From Candidatus Latescibacterota bacterium (lineage in GTDB: Bacteria > Latescibacterota > UBA2968 > GCA-2709665): DNA of 64,000 bases. Position numbers and translations under genes: made by a program. The stretch covers positions 4,416,001-4,480,000 of the forward strand of contig OZ220733.1 in assembly GCA_965116875.1 (NCBI GenBank). Reading direction: 5' to 3'. The notes beneath the pieces are model-generated. The model was not told the origin of the DNA, ran no database searches, and worked only from the letters and a program-made list of their open reading frames with translations. Shown here in pieces: positions 10,241 to 19,392 of the stretch. Every line of letters begins with the position of its first letter. The first letter of the stretch is position 1.

Positions 10241-11011
10241 ATGGCAACCGGTGACGAAAGGGGCCCGGAGGAAATCGCCTACGAGGACCGCATCCGGTCC
10301 AGTTCGCTGTCAGAACTGGAAGACATGTCCGCCCAGGTGGACCGTGGGGAATTTCCGTTGCGGGCCAGGAAGCTGCTCGAGGAGATCGGGCGGCGGCGTG
10401 CGGGTCCGGAGCGCCGATCCGAACGGAGGGCCCCGGAAAAGGCGGTGCCCGCGGGCGTGTCCCGGCGTCTCTGGGCAAGCCTGATCGATCTCTTCATTCA
10501 TCTCCTGATTCTGGGCGCGCTATTTCTGGCAGGGTGGTCGGCAATTCAACTTGTCTCGAGCCTCGGAAGCGACGAGCCGCCGCCCGCCGCCGTCTCCGCC
10601 CGCCGGGGTCCATCTCCGCTGCGACAGTTCGCCGCCGGACTGCTTGCCGGCGACCCGGCGGCCTGGGGGAACCGGGAACGGTGGATTCAGGTGGGTCTGG
10701 TTACCCTGGGATTCCTGAATTTCAGGGCGCTATTCATGGTACCGGCCTGGGGGCGAACGGGCAGTACGCCGGGAATGCGTGAGGTCGGCATCAGGCTTGT
10801 CCGGACGACGGGGGAATCCGTCGGTGTGAAGCGGGCGCTGATACGGTTCTGGGGGCAGTGTGTGCTATTCGTGCTGACGCTGGGCGTCAGCACGTTCTGG
10901 ATGATCTGGGACCCGCGAAGACAGGCGTTTCACGACAAACTGACGGACACGTGCATCGTGCGGCAACAACGCACGTGGGAAAAGACCGAAGAAGATCGTA
11001 TCTATGATTAG
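10241..11011 (+). CDS. RDD family membrane protein
   Basis: RRLWASLID, TPGMR...GIRLV and RQAFHDKLTDT motifs. Confidence 0.85.
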   Translation: MATGDERGPEEIAYEDRIRSSSLSELEDMSAQVDRGEFPLRARKLLEEIGRRRAGPERRSERRAPEKAVPAGVSRRLWASLIDLFIHLLILGALFLAGWSAIQLVSSLGSDEPPPAAVSARRGPSPLRQFAAGLLAGDPAAWGNRERWIQVGLVTLGFLNFRALFMVPAWGRTGSTPGMREVGIRLVRTTGESVGVKRALIRFWGQCVLFVLTLGVSTFWMIWDPRRQAFHDKLTDTCIVRQQRTWEKTEEDRIYD

Positions 11012-11204
11012 CCTCAATCCGAAAAAACAGCAACGCGGCGACGCGATAAAACCCTCCGAAATAGGTCGTTATCGACGTAAAGAAAGACGTTTTTTCCCTT
11101 CACGTCCAGTGACCTGGTGTATCCTGGTAATCAGCAGTTGAATCGCCTTTATTTACAATCACATAATCGAATTAACGTCCCCGAAGACTTACGAATCAAG
11201 GTTA
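11009..11204. mobile_element. ~200-bp dispersed repeat/MITE-like element, copy 1
   Basis: Homologous along its length to 16130-16326; ends TAGCCTCAAT...ATCAAGGTTA; core 11099-11153 is 53/55 identical to 16221-16275. Confidence 0.75.
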
Positions 11205-11487
11205 GGCGAATGCGGCATGGCGTTTTCCGGTTGCCTTCCGTCACCTGTTTTGTTATACTTTTCCGGGTTTTTCCTCCATGGTCACCGCCTTTCTGCGGCA
11301 CCTTCCTTCCGCAATGAAATCATTTCCAGGCTCTATCGAATTTCAGGCATCCGTCGAACGGCCCCCGGGGTCGCGGCATCTCCGGAAAGGAATTCGCGTG
11401 TGAGGAGAATCCGCGAAACTTTTGGACGTTTCATGTTGTCTAAGTTTACTGACGGGAGAACGGTGTTCGATTTGCAGGAGTCCGACG

Positions 11488-11925
11488 ATGCGTAAGCGGT
11501 TTCCACAGACCCTATGGTTCCTTGTTGCAGTTGCGGTTGGACTGACCGCCGAACCGGTTCAGGCGAAGTCTTTCTTTACGTCCCGTCGAACGTTCGGCGT
11601 ACTCTTTCTGGGCGGAAGCGCGTTCATGGCCAAGAAGGCCGTTGATTTCCGCCGGGACGCAAACAGGATCTACGACGACTACAAACTTGCTCGAACTTCC
11701 GATGAGGCGGAGCGTCTGTTCGACCGTACGGGCGAATACGATACCAAGAGCAAAATGAGTGTCGGGCTCTCTATCGTTCTGCTTGCCAGCGGGTTGCGTC
11801 TGATTCTCTCAAGCGGCGTGGACGAGGGCTCCGCGAAGATTCGTCAGAAGAAGAAGCTCAAATTGGACATGACGAGCGACGTCAACAAGAGAATGGTCAA
11901 ATTCGCAGTCAAGAGACATTTTTAG
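11488..11925 (+). CDS. secreted/membrane hypothetical protein
   Basis: RBS AGGAG; signal peptide ending VQA; two hydrophobic segments; C-terminal Phe. Confidence 0.75.
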   Translation: MRKRFPQTLWFLVAVAVGLTAEPVQAKSFFTSRRTFGVLFLGGSAFMAKKAVDFRRDANRIYDDYKLARTSDEAERLFDRTGEYDTKSKMSVGLSIVLLASGLRLILSSGVDEGSAKIRQKKKLKLDMTSDVNKRMVKFAVKRHF

Positions 11926-11995
11926 TCGCGGCGGCCGGGCTGGTCTGCCGGCGGGCCGTATATATCAGCAGTTCTTGTGCATGAAGGAGAGGTTT

Positions 11996-14272
11996 ATGGC
12001 GCGTCGGAAATTCAGCCCGGTCCGACTCGGGGTGTGGGGTATGCTGGTCATTGTCCTCGCCGGGGCGGGGCGTTGCGGTCGTGAGCGGGAAAACCCGGTC
12101 GATCCGAATTTTCCCGGAGGCGGGGCGCTCCAACCCCCCGGAAACATACGTGCGCAGGGAGACATCGGCCGAATCCTGCTGACCTGGGACGCCGTAAAAA
12201 TCAACGAACTTGCAGGGTACGGCGTCTGGCGCGCCACGTCGGCCACGGGCGATTATACCCGGCTGCGCGGCGAGTCGAACGATTCGAATGTAACCACCGG
12301 CCGCACGGTCTTTGTCGACTCCACGATGGACGTTTCGGGTTCAAAGGTTTATTTCTACCGGCTCACCACCGTGGATGTGAACGGACAATCCAGCGAAAGG
12401 TCCGCCTTTGTCAGCGCCGAGGTACACGAGGACAAGAGGCCGCCGGCTTCCCCCGTCAATCTTTCCGCAGTCAGAAACGAAAACACCGATCACATAGCGC
12501 TTGTCTGGGACGCGCCGAAAACGGACGCAGACAACCTGGATCTGACCGGACTGGAGGGCTACCGGGTCTTCAGGGCAAAAGACACCGAAGACTCGTACGT
12601 ACAGATTGCTACGGTTCCGGCCACGCGGACGACATTTACGGATACCACGCAGCTGGATCCGGATTTCCGGTATTTCTATCAGGTTTCCGCAATCGACCGG
12701 TTCAACAACGAAAGCGCGCGTTCCCGTTCCGCGTCGGTGAGCGCGCCGGAAACCGGGGTCCTTCCACCGGGCGGCTTGCGGACCGTAAGCAAGGTTGGCA
12801 AGATCGAGTTGCATTGGAATCCGTCGAACGAAGACAACCTCCTGGGATATCTGGTGCTTCGTTCAACGTCCACCCAGGCGCCGTTCGAGCCGGTATCGTC
12901 GAATCGTCCGTATACAACGGCCCAGACCGTTTATATGGATACAGATGTACAGGTCGACGTTGTTTATTTCTACCGGATTCAGACGGTTGTACATGATCCC
13001 GACCGCGGAATTGTCGCGGGCGAAGCGTCGCCCTTTGTCGACGGACAGGCCGAACCGGATGAATCGCCGCCGGCCGCGCCGTCAGACTTGAGCGTGAGTC
13101 TGGACGATGAAGATGCCGGCGTTGTACAACTCAATTGGGCGCCTCCCACAAAGGATGACGGGGGCGACGAACTGACAGGGCTTTCCCACTACCGGATCTT
13201 CCGATCGAAAGAGACGGCCAATTCATTCGTGGAGGTGGCGCAGGTTCCAGGCACGCAGACCCATTTCCGGGACACAACGGTGGAGCCGCTTACCCTTTAT
13301 TATTACACCTTGAACGCGGTCGACTTCGAGAAGAATGGCGGACCGCGTTCCGCGCCCCTTTCCGTCAGCACCCCCGGTCTTGCCACGCCTGAACGGGTTA
13401 CTGCGATTGCCGGCAAGGCGAAAATCTCGCTGGCATGGGCGCCGAACCAGGAGCAGCAGCTGAGCGGGTACGAAGTGTTGCGTTACAGCGACCCGCTCCG
13501 GCCAGACCTGTTTTCTACGTTCATCACCCCGTGGCCGGCCTATGTGGATTCGCCTCTGGTCGGGGGCAAGACCTATGCGTACCGCGTGCGTGCATTGGGC
13601 TCGGGCGGGCTGAACAGCAGATTGTCAGATTTCGTATTGGCAACCGTAATGGACGACGACCTGGCGCCCGCTCCTCCCGAATTCCTGTACGCGAAGTTGT
13701 CGGGGAATACGGACATCGAACTGAGTTGGCGCGCTTCCACGACCGATGAGGACGGATCCGAGCAGACAGGCCTTCATCAGTACAGGATCTACAGGTCGGA
13801 AGCGTCAGGATCAGCCGGGTTCGAGTGGCTGGCGACTGTGGACTCTACCACGCTGAACTACGTGGACAAAGACCTGGAGCCATCCACAACGTACAGTTAC
13901 CAGGTGCGAGCGATCGACGCCAATGGAAACGAGGGCCCGGCATCGAGTACCGTGTCGCTGCAGACCGGACCGGACAGCAGAATTGGCAGGCCGACCAATG
14001 TCGCCGCGGTCGTGCGAAATCTGCCGGAGGAAGGCACCGTCGTGATCGTTACCTGGAGGGCGCCTCCCGGCATCACGCAATTCCGTGTGAATCGTCAGCG
14101 GGTGGGCGCGCGATCCAGCGACGTTTTCGAGACCGTGTCATACCAGCTGAGAGACAACAAGTATATCGACGCCAACGTCGAATCCGGCAGCACGTACATC
14201 TATCACGTGGTTTCCGTTAGAGGAGAGGACATCAGTCGTCCGTCGGATCCGGTCGTTGTTTCGGTGCCGTAG
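11996..14272 (+). CDS. fibronectin type III repeat (about 7 FN3 domains) secreted/lipoprotein
   Basis: Repeated LxW...GYxVxR...YxYxVxAxD...ES motifs; N-terminal signal with Cys followed by RENPVDP. Confidence 0.85.
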   Translation: MARRKFSPVRLGVWGMLVIVLAGAGRCGRERENPVDPNFPGGGALQPPGNIRAQGDIGRILLTWDAVKINELAGYGVWRATSATGDYTRLRGESNDSNVTTGRTVFVDSTMDVSGSKVYFYRLTTVDVNGQSSERSAFVSAEVHEDKRPPASPVNLSAVRNENTDHIALVWDAPKTDADNLDLTGLEGYRVFRAKDTEDSYVQIATVPATRTTFTDTTQLDPDFRYFYQVSAIDRFNNESARSRSASVSAPETGVLPPGGLRTVSKVGKIELHWNPSNEDNLLGYLVLRSTSTQAPFEPVSSNRPYTTAQTVYMDTDVQVDVVYFYRIQTVVHDPDRGIVAGEASPFVDGQAEPDESPPAAPSDLSVSLDDEDAGVVQLNWAPPTKDDGGDELTGLSHYRIFRSKETANSFVEVAQVPGTQTHFRDTTVEPLTLYYYTLNAVDFEKNGGPRSAPLSVSTPGLATPERVTAIAGKAKISLAWAPNQEQQLSGYEVLRYSDPLRPDLFSTFITPWPAYVDSPLVGGKTYAYRVRALGSGGLNSRLSDFVLATVMDDDLAPAPPEFLYAKLSGNTDIELSWRASTTDEDGSEQTGLHQYRIYRSEASGSAGFEWLATVDSTTLNYVDKDLEPSTTYSYQVRAIDANGNEGPASSTVSLQTGPDSRIGRPTNVAAVVRNLPEEGTVVIVTWRAPPGITQFRVNRQRVGARSSDVFETVSYQLRDNKYIDANVESGSTYIYHVVSVRGEDISRPSDPVVVSVP

Positions 14273-14301
14273 GATTCTCTTCGATAAAAAAGGGTATATA
14301 T

Positions 14302-14344
14302 ACAGCAGAGCGCCGTAACGGATTGCGCTCTGCTGTTTCTTGTT
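14302..14344 (+). terminator. rho-independent terminator
   Basis: 12-bp perfect stem ACAGCAGAGCGC/GCGCTCTGCTGT followed by TTCTTGTT, just after the FN3 gene stop. Confidence 0.7.
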
Positions 14345-14566
14345 AGAGGGAAGCGCCGGGGTCGGGGCCCACGTCCGGCTTTCCGTCCTTGAGACGGCTT
14401 CTCCTGGTTGGGCCATTGACGCACGGCGCACGACGGTCTCCGTGTGATCTGTCCTGTATTGCCCGACAGTCGTTCGAGATCGGCCGTGTTCGTGTCATGA
14501 GAACGATGGGTACTGGTTCCTGTAAACACGGTACTTGCGGTTTTTCGTTTGCTGAGCGCGTCTGTC

Positions 14567-14583
14567 CGGCACGCGGACTGCAT
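14567..14583 (+). promoter_or_regulatory. putative sigma54 (-24/-12) promoter
   Basis: CGGCACGCGGACTGCA: GG-N10-GC spacing, close to the TGGCACGNNNNTTGCW consensus, ~55 bp upstream of ATG 14636. Confidence 0.55.
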
Positions 14584-14635
14584 AACCACCAGGAGTTCAT
14601 CGGTGGTGTACGGGTCACGAAACGGAGGATGGTCT

Positions 14636-15958
14636 ATGCAGCGCGTGCTTCTGTTGGATGGCGACAGTCGATTCCGGAGGGAAATGAAGGACCGTTTGAC
14701 GCGGCGCGGCGTGAGCGTCGCGTGTGCGGGGACCGCCCGCGAGGGTTTGAGACTTTACAGGCGCGGCCGTCCCGCATGTGTGTTTGCCGAGGCCGAACTC
14801 CCGGACGGGAGCGGATTTCCGGTACTTGAAGAAGCGCACCGCCATACGCCGGTGGTTATGGTGAGCGAGGGGTTTTCTCCCGACAAGGTTTACACGGCCA
14901 TCTCGGGTGGCGCTTTTGACTGTCTTTCCAAGCCCGTTGATGATCCCACCCTGGACGGATTGCTGTACCGGTTGCGCAACGAGCGGGAACCGCCGCCGAC
15001 AGAGACGGGCCCGGCCGGACCCGTCCCGGACGCCGGCGGCGAAATGGTTGTGGGACGTTCCCAGAAAATGGTTGAGGCGTTAAAGACGGTTGCCGCGGTC
15101 GCCGGTACTTCGGCCACGGTACTGGTCTGCGGCGAAAGCGGAACCGGAAAGGAGTTGATGGCCAGGGAAATCCATCGTGCGTCGCGAAGGCCCGGGGCTT
15201 TCGTGGCCGTCAATTGTGTGGCGGTTATGGAAACCCTCACGGAGAGTGAACTGTTCGGGCACGAGCGAGGCGCCTTCACGGGTGCGGCGGGGCGGCGTGC
15301 GGGGTATTTCGAACAGGCGAACCACGGCACGCTTTTTCTGGATGAAATCGGCGACGCGCTTCCGGGTTTTCAGGCCAAGTTGCTTCGCGTGCTGGACCAG
15401 GTTGAATTCCGTCGCGTCGGCGGCCAGGAATCGATCCGCCCGGATGTGCGGGTTGTTGCGGCCACGAATGCCGATCTGGAAAATCAGGTGGCGAACGGTA
15501 CGTTCAGGGCGGATCTCTATTACCGGCTGAGCGAGGTGACCGTCCATTTGCCGCCGCTGCGTGACCGCCTTGCGGACATTCCCTTGCTTGTGCGGCGCAC
15601 GCTTGGCGAGATCCGGCACCGTACCGGCCGGAGCCTGGGTGGCGTTTCTCAGGAGGCCATGCACAGGCTGATGGACCATCCGTGGCCGGGAAACGTCAGA
15701 GAACTGCAGAATGTTCTTGTGAGGGCGGCGCTTCATTGCCGGGGATGTACGATCCAGCGTAATCACCTGAAGGATCTGATCTCGGGCGAGTCACCCGACA
15801 ATGACGAATCGCTGTCCCTGTCGGACGTGGAACGCCGGCACATTGAGCAGGTTCTGAATGCTACAGGCTGGAACCGGGGCATGGCTTGCGAGATCCTGGG
15901 CGTGTCGCGTCCCACGCTCCGGAGGAAGATCAGGGACTATGGACTTCACGGAGGGTGA
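14636..15958 (+). CDS. sigma54-dependent Fis-family transcriptional activator (NtrC-like) with atypical receiver domain
   Basis: GESGTGKE, GAFTGA, LFLDEIG and WPGNVREL motifs, C-terminal HTH; N-terminal REC-like domain. Confidence 0.92.
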   Translation: MQRVLLLDGDSRFRREMKDRLTRRGVSVACAGTAREGLRLYRRGRPACVFAEAELPDGSGFPVLEEAHRHTPVVMVSEGFSPDKVYTAISGGAFDCLSKPVDDPTLDGLLYRLRNEREPPPTETGPAGPVPDAGGEMVVGRSQKMVEALKTVAAVAGTSATVLVCGESGTGKELMAREIHRASRRPGAFVAVNCVAVMETLTESELFGHERGAFTGAAGRRAGYFEQANHGTLFLDEIGDALPGFQAKLLRVLDQVEFRRVGGQESIRPDVRVVAATNADLENQVANGTFRADLYYRLSEVTVHLPPLRDRLADIPLLVRRTLGEIRHRTGRSLGGVSQEAMHRLMDHPWPGNVRELQNVLVRAALHCRGCTIQRNHLKDLISGESPDNDESLSLSDVERRHIEQVLNATGWNRGMACEILGVSRPTLRRKIRDYGLHGG

Positions 15959-16018
15959 GGGCGTCCTTGTGCGGGAATGCACGTTTGGCGACGCCCCGGA
16001 CCCAACCCGCGCCGGCGC

Positions 16019-16046
16019 TTGACTTCCTGGGAAGTTGTTTTAAAAT
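16019..16046 (+). promoter_or_regulatory. putative sigma70 promoter
   Basis: TTGACT-N16-TAAAAT upstream of repeat copy 2 and thrC. Confidence 0.5.
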
Positions 16047-16129
16047 TACCGGTGAGCTCCCGAGCGCGAGCGAAAAAGTGGCGGTTATGAGGCGCGAGGG
16101 GCGCACAGCGCCGACCTGTTTGCCGTCAT

Positions 16130-16326
16130 TAACCTCAATACTGCAAAAGCCGCAACGCGGCACCGCGACGAAACCCTTCAAAACGGACTGAAATGGTCGT
16201 CAGGAAGGACATTTTATCCGTTCACGTCCAGTGTCCTGGTGTATCCTGTTAATCAGCAGTTGAATCGCCTTTATTAACTCGCACATATTCGAATGAACAT
16301 CCCCGAAAAATGATGAATCAAGGTTA
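16130..16326. mobile_element. ~200-bp dispersed repeat/MITE-like element, copy 2
   Basis: Ends TAACCTCAAT...ATCAAGGTTA (8/10 inverted repeat); homologous to copies 1 and 3; ends 2 bp before the thrC RBS. Confidence 0.75.
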
Positions 16327-16338
16327 ACAGGAGGATGG

Positions 16339-17529
16339 ATGGGATACCTGGTGGACCTCATATGCACCCGCTGCGGCCGAAGCCACGACAAACGGAGACT
16401 TTGGAATCTGAGCGCCTGCTGCGAGGCGCCGCTCTTCGCCCGGTACGATCTGGAGAAAGCGTCGAATGCCCTCAGTAAAGAGAATCTACCGGAACGGGAG
16501 CCGACGATGTGGCGGTACGAGGAAGTGCTGCCCGTCGAACGGGCTGCACACCGGATCAGCCTGGGTGAGGGATTTACGCCGTTGCTGAAGGCGGGCGCAC
16601 TGGGGGCGCGGGTCGGCGTCCCGGACCTCTTCGTCAAGGATGAGGGTGTCAATCCCACAGGATCGTTCAAGGCGCGTGGGTTGTCGGCTGCGATATCCAG
16701 GGCCGTGGAATTGGGAGCGGATGCCGTGGCCATCCCGTCGGCCGGGAATGCCGGCGGGGCAACGGCGGCGTACGCGGCGAGGGCCGGGATGGAGGCGTAC
16801 ATTTTCATGCCAACCGATGCTCCCGAGGCAAACATGGTGGAGTGCCAGCGTCTGGGTGCGCGCCTGACGCTCGTGGACGGTCTGATTACGGATTGCGGGA
16901 AGATGGTGGCCGATCGAAGAGTCGCTGAGGGCTGGTTCGACGTCTCGACACTCAAGGAGCCGTACCGGGTGGAAGGAAAGAAGACGATGGGATACGAACT
17001 CGCCGAACAGTTTAACTGGGAGTTGCCGGACGTCGTACTCTACCCGACCGGCGGCGGTACCGGCCTGATCGGAATGTGGAAAGCGTTCGACGAGATGGAA
17101 GAAATGGGGTGGATCGGCTCCGCGAGACCCCGAATGGTGGCTGTACAAGCGGAGGGCTGCGCGCCTGTTGTCAGGGCGTATGAAACGGGCGCCGAATCGG
17201 CCGAGTTCTGGGAAAACGCCGAAACCGTTGCATCGGGACTCCGGGTGCCTGGCGCCGTGGGTGATTTTCTTATGCTTGGAGCCATCAGGGAAAGCCGCGG
17301 CACGGCTATTGCCGTTACCGACGGCGCCTTGCTGGCCTGCGTCGACGAAATGGCCTCGTTGACTGGCATTTTCCCGGCGCCTGAAGGCGCGGCGACGCTT
17401 GCCGGGCTGAAAGAACTCGTGGGAGACGGGCGGGTCTCTTCCGGGGAGCGGGTGGTGCTGTTCAATACCGGGACGGGGTTGAAATATATCGAGGCCATGG
17501 GCGCGGCGGACCACACGGTCGGCCGATGA
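16339..17529 (+). CDS. thrC: threonine synthase (PLP fold type II)
   Basis: ISLGEGFTPL, NPTGSFKARG, SAGNAG, EGKKTMGYE and PTGGGTG motifs; N-terminal Cys/Zn-ribbon. Confidence 0.88.
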   Translation: MGYLVDLICTRCGRSHDKRRLWNLSACCEAPLFARYDLEKASNALSKENLPEREPTMWRYEEVLPVERAAHRISLGEGFTPLLKAGALGARVGVPDLFVKDEGVNPTGSFKARGLSAAISRAVELGADAVAIPSAGNAGGATAAYAARAGMEAYIFMPTDAPEANMVECQRLGARLTLVDGLITDCGKMVADRRVAEGWFDVSTLKEPYRVEGKKTMGYELAEQFNWELPDVVLYPTGGGTGLIGMWKAFDEMEEMGWIGSARPRMVAVQAEGCAPVVRAYETGAESAEFWENAETVASGLRVPGAVGDFLMLGAIRESRGTAIAVTDGALLACVDEMASLTGIFPAPEGAATLAGLKELVGDGRVSSGERVVLFNTGTGLKYIEAMGAADHTVGR

Positions 17530-17665
17530 TCCGTTTGACCCGGGGGCATGCGTTCCGTGCCGGATTTTCACCGGGGCGGACGCCGGGAGTTGCCGTGGGA
17601 AAACGAAATGATCCACCGGCACGGCGGAGGGTCGTCACCGGTGCACGAAAGGAGGTACCCGGCCA

Positions 17666-18055
17666 ATGAAGAGGCGAGAGATCGGGAGATTCCAGAGTTT
17701 CATTCTTGAGGAAGAGGATACAGTCGTGGTGATGGGTAACCTGAACGCCCATGCGGACTTCCTCACGCGGTGCGGGTTCAGCCGTCACCCCGATACGGGC
17801 GAGTACGTCGGCACTGGCGCCAATCTCTACGCAATGGCTCCCGGTGATTTCTACGACCGGTTCAGCGCGCGTACCGGCGCGGATCCGGAACTGACCGCGC
17901 AGGCTTACGACGGGGAGGACTTCTACCAGATCGACGGACTGCCGCTGGCCGCGGTGGATGCAGAGGGCGATCCCTGCATCGAGGGAATCACCGCCGTAGA
18001 CATCGAGACCCGGGTCTACATCGAACAGGGGATAGCGAACTTCAGGGTCGGTTAG
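17666..18055 (+). CDS. acidic hypothetical protein (129 aa)
   Basis: Strong RBS AAGGAGGT; convergent 4-bp overlap with hpnE; no recognisable motif. Confidence 0.75.
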   Translation: MKRREIGRFQSFILEEEDTVVVMGNLNAHADFLTRCGFSRHPDTGEYVGTGANLYAMAPGDFYDRFSARTGADPELTAQAYDGEDFYQIDGLPLAAVDAEGDPCIEGITAVDIETRVYIEQGIANFRVG

Positions 18056-19392
18056 ACGTGAACGCGTCTTGCTTTCAGGTATTCCAGAGTGTGCGCCGCC
18101 GCCCGGTATCCGCTTTCCACGGCGCTCTCAACCGTGGCCGGGAGGCCGGTGTCGGTCCAGTCTCCTGCGATATAGAGTCCCGGCGCGGCCGTACGGTTCG
18201 GCGGGGGAGAATGACCCTTTGGTAGTGCGAATGTAGCATGCCGTTCCCGCACAACCAGATGGCGTTCCAAGGGGATGTTTCTGGTTTCCGGCAGGAACTT
18301 GTGGATATCACCCATCGCAATCTCCACGAGTTTTTCCTCATGCTGGTCCACCAGACCGTCGGCGGCGCTGGCAACCATCGTTACATGTCCGGGTGATGCT
18401 TTGTCACGACCGTTGTACAGCATCGGCTTATTGAATATCCAGTCCATACGACCATTCAGGAGGCCGACGAAAGGCCGGTTCAGGACGGGCGCCCGAAACC
18501 AGAGGTTAACGGACAGGATCGGGGAAGGATAGAAGGATTTCAAGCGAATCTTGAGATTGTCAAGCCCCTCCGGCAGCAGGCGAGACAGTGCCGGCGGCGT
18601 GATCGCGCAGATGGCGGCATCGGCCGTCACAGCCGCGCCGGACCTGAGTCGGATCCGTATCTTGCCGTTTTCGGCAACGCGCAGCTCCGTGGCCGCTTCG
18701 CCGACGTGGCATGTGCCTCCGTGCCGGTGGATGAAGTTCCTTGCCGCGTCCGTGTACATCGCGCTGAGCCCCACGCCGGGATAGCCCATCAGGGTTGAGT
18801 CGGCGTGCCCGAGAAAGGCGAGTTTCAGGACGGAAGCCAGGTGCCGGGCCGGGGCGGAATCGGGATGTTGATTCAGCGCGGAGATGCAGAGCGGGTCCCA
18901 GAATGCCTGCCGGATGGCTGGAGACTGTCTGCATTCCTCCAGCCATTCATGAACCGTGATCCCGCATGGCAACGACGCCGCCAGGGCCGTCCTGACGCGC
19001 CTCAGCCCCATGACGTCCCCAAGGTTGACCGGTCTGTATCGCATGAAGCCGGCCAGCAGATTGAGGGGGGGCGGCAGCAATCCGGGAAACCTGAGGGCAG
19101 AATGGCCCAGCTCGGGATGTAAAAAATCCAGACGGAACTCTTCCTGAAACCGCAGGCGGTCCCCCGTGCCAATGGTCTCCAGGAACTCCCTGGTCTGGAG
19201 ATAACATTTCATGAAGAGGTGCTGGCCGTTGTCTACGGTATCGCCCGTCGCTCGATCGGCAAATGAATACGCCCGCCCGCCCAGATGTTTCCTGCGCTCA
19301 AACAGGTTGACGACGCACGCGCCCCGTTCCGCAAGGCGAACGCCCGCGGCGAGACCCGCAAATCCGCCGCCGATTATGATCACGCGGCTCAC
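18052..19392 (-). CDS. hpnE: hydroxysqualene dehydroxylase (FAD-dependent)
   Basis: GGGFAGL, LGGRAYSF, VDNGQHL and AGDWTDTGLPATVESAVESG motifs; downstream of hpnD. Confidence 0.92.
   Translation of the reverse strand: MSRVIIIGGGFAGLAAGVRLAERGACVVNLFERRKHLGGRAYSFADRATGDTVDNGQHLFMKCYLQTREFLETIGTGDRLRFQEEFRLDFLHPELGHSALRFPGLLPPPLNLLAGFMRYRPVNLGDVMGLRRVRTALAASLPCGITVHEWLEECRQSPAIRQAFWDPLCISALNQHPDSAPARHLASVLKLAFLGHADSTLMGYPGVGLSAMYTDAARNFIHRHGGTCHVGEAATELRVAENGKIRIRLRSGAAVTADAAICAITPPALSRLLPEGLDNLKIRLKSFYPSPILSVNLWFRAPVLNRPFVGLLNGRMDWIFNKPMLYNGRDKASPGHVTMVASAADGLVDQHEEKLVEIAMGDIHKFLPETRNIPLERHLVVRERHATFALPKGHSPPPNRTAAPGLYIAGDWTDTGLPATVESAVESGYRAAAHTLEYLKARRVHV

Noticed and set aside
11099-11204. 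Possibility that the three-copy repeat encodes a conserved peptide (KAIQLLINRIHQ-like frame in copies 2 and 3)
   Set aside because: The equivalent minus-strand frame in copy 1 has several stop codons, so protein coding is not conserved.
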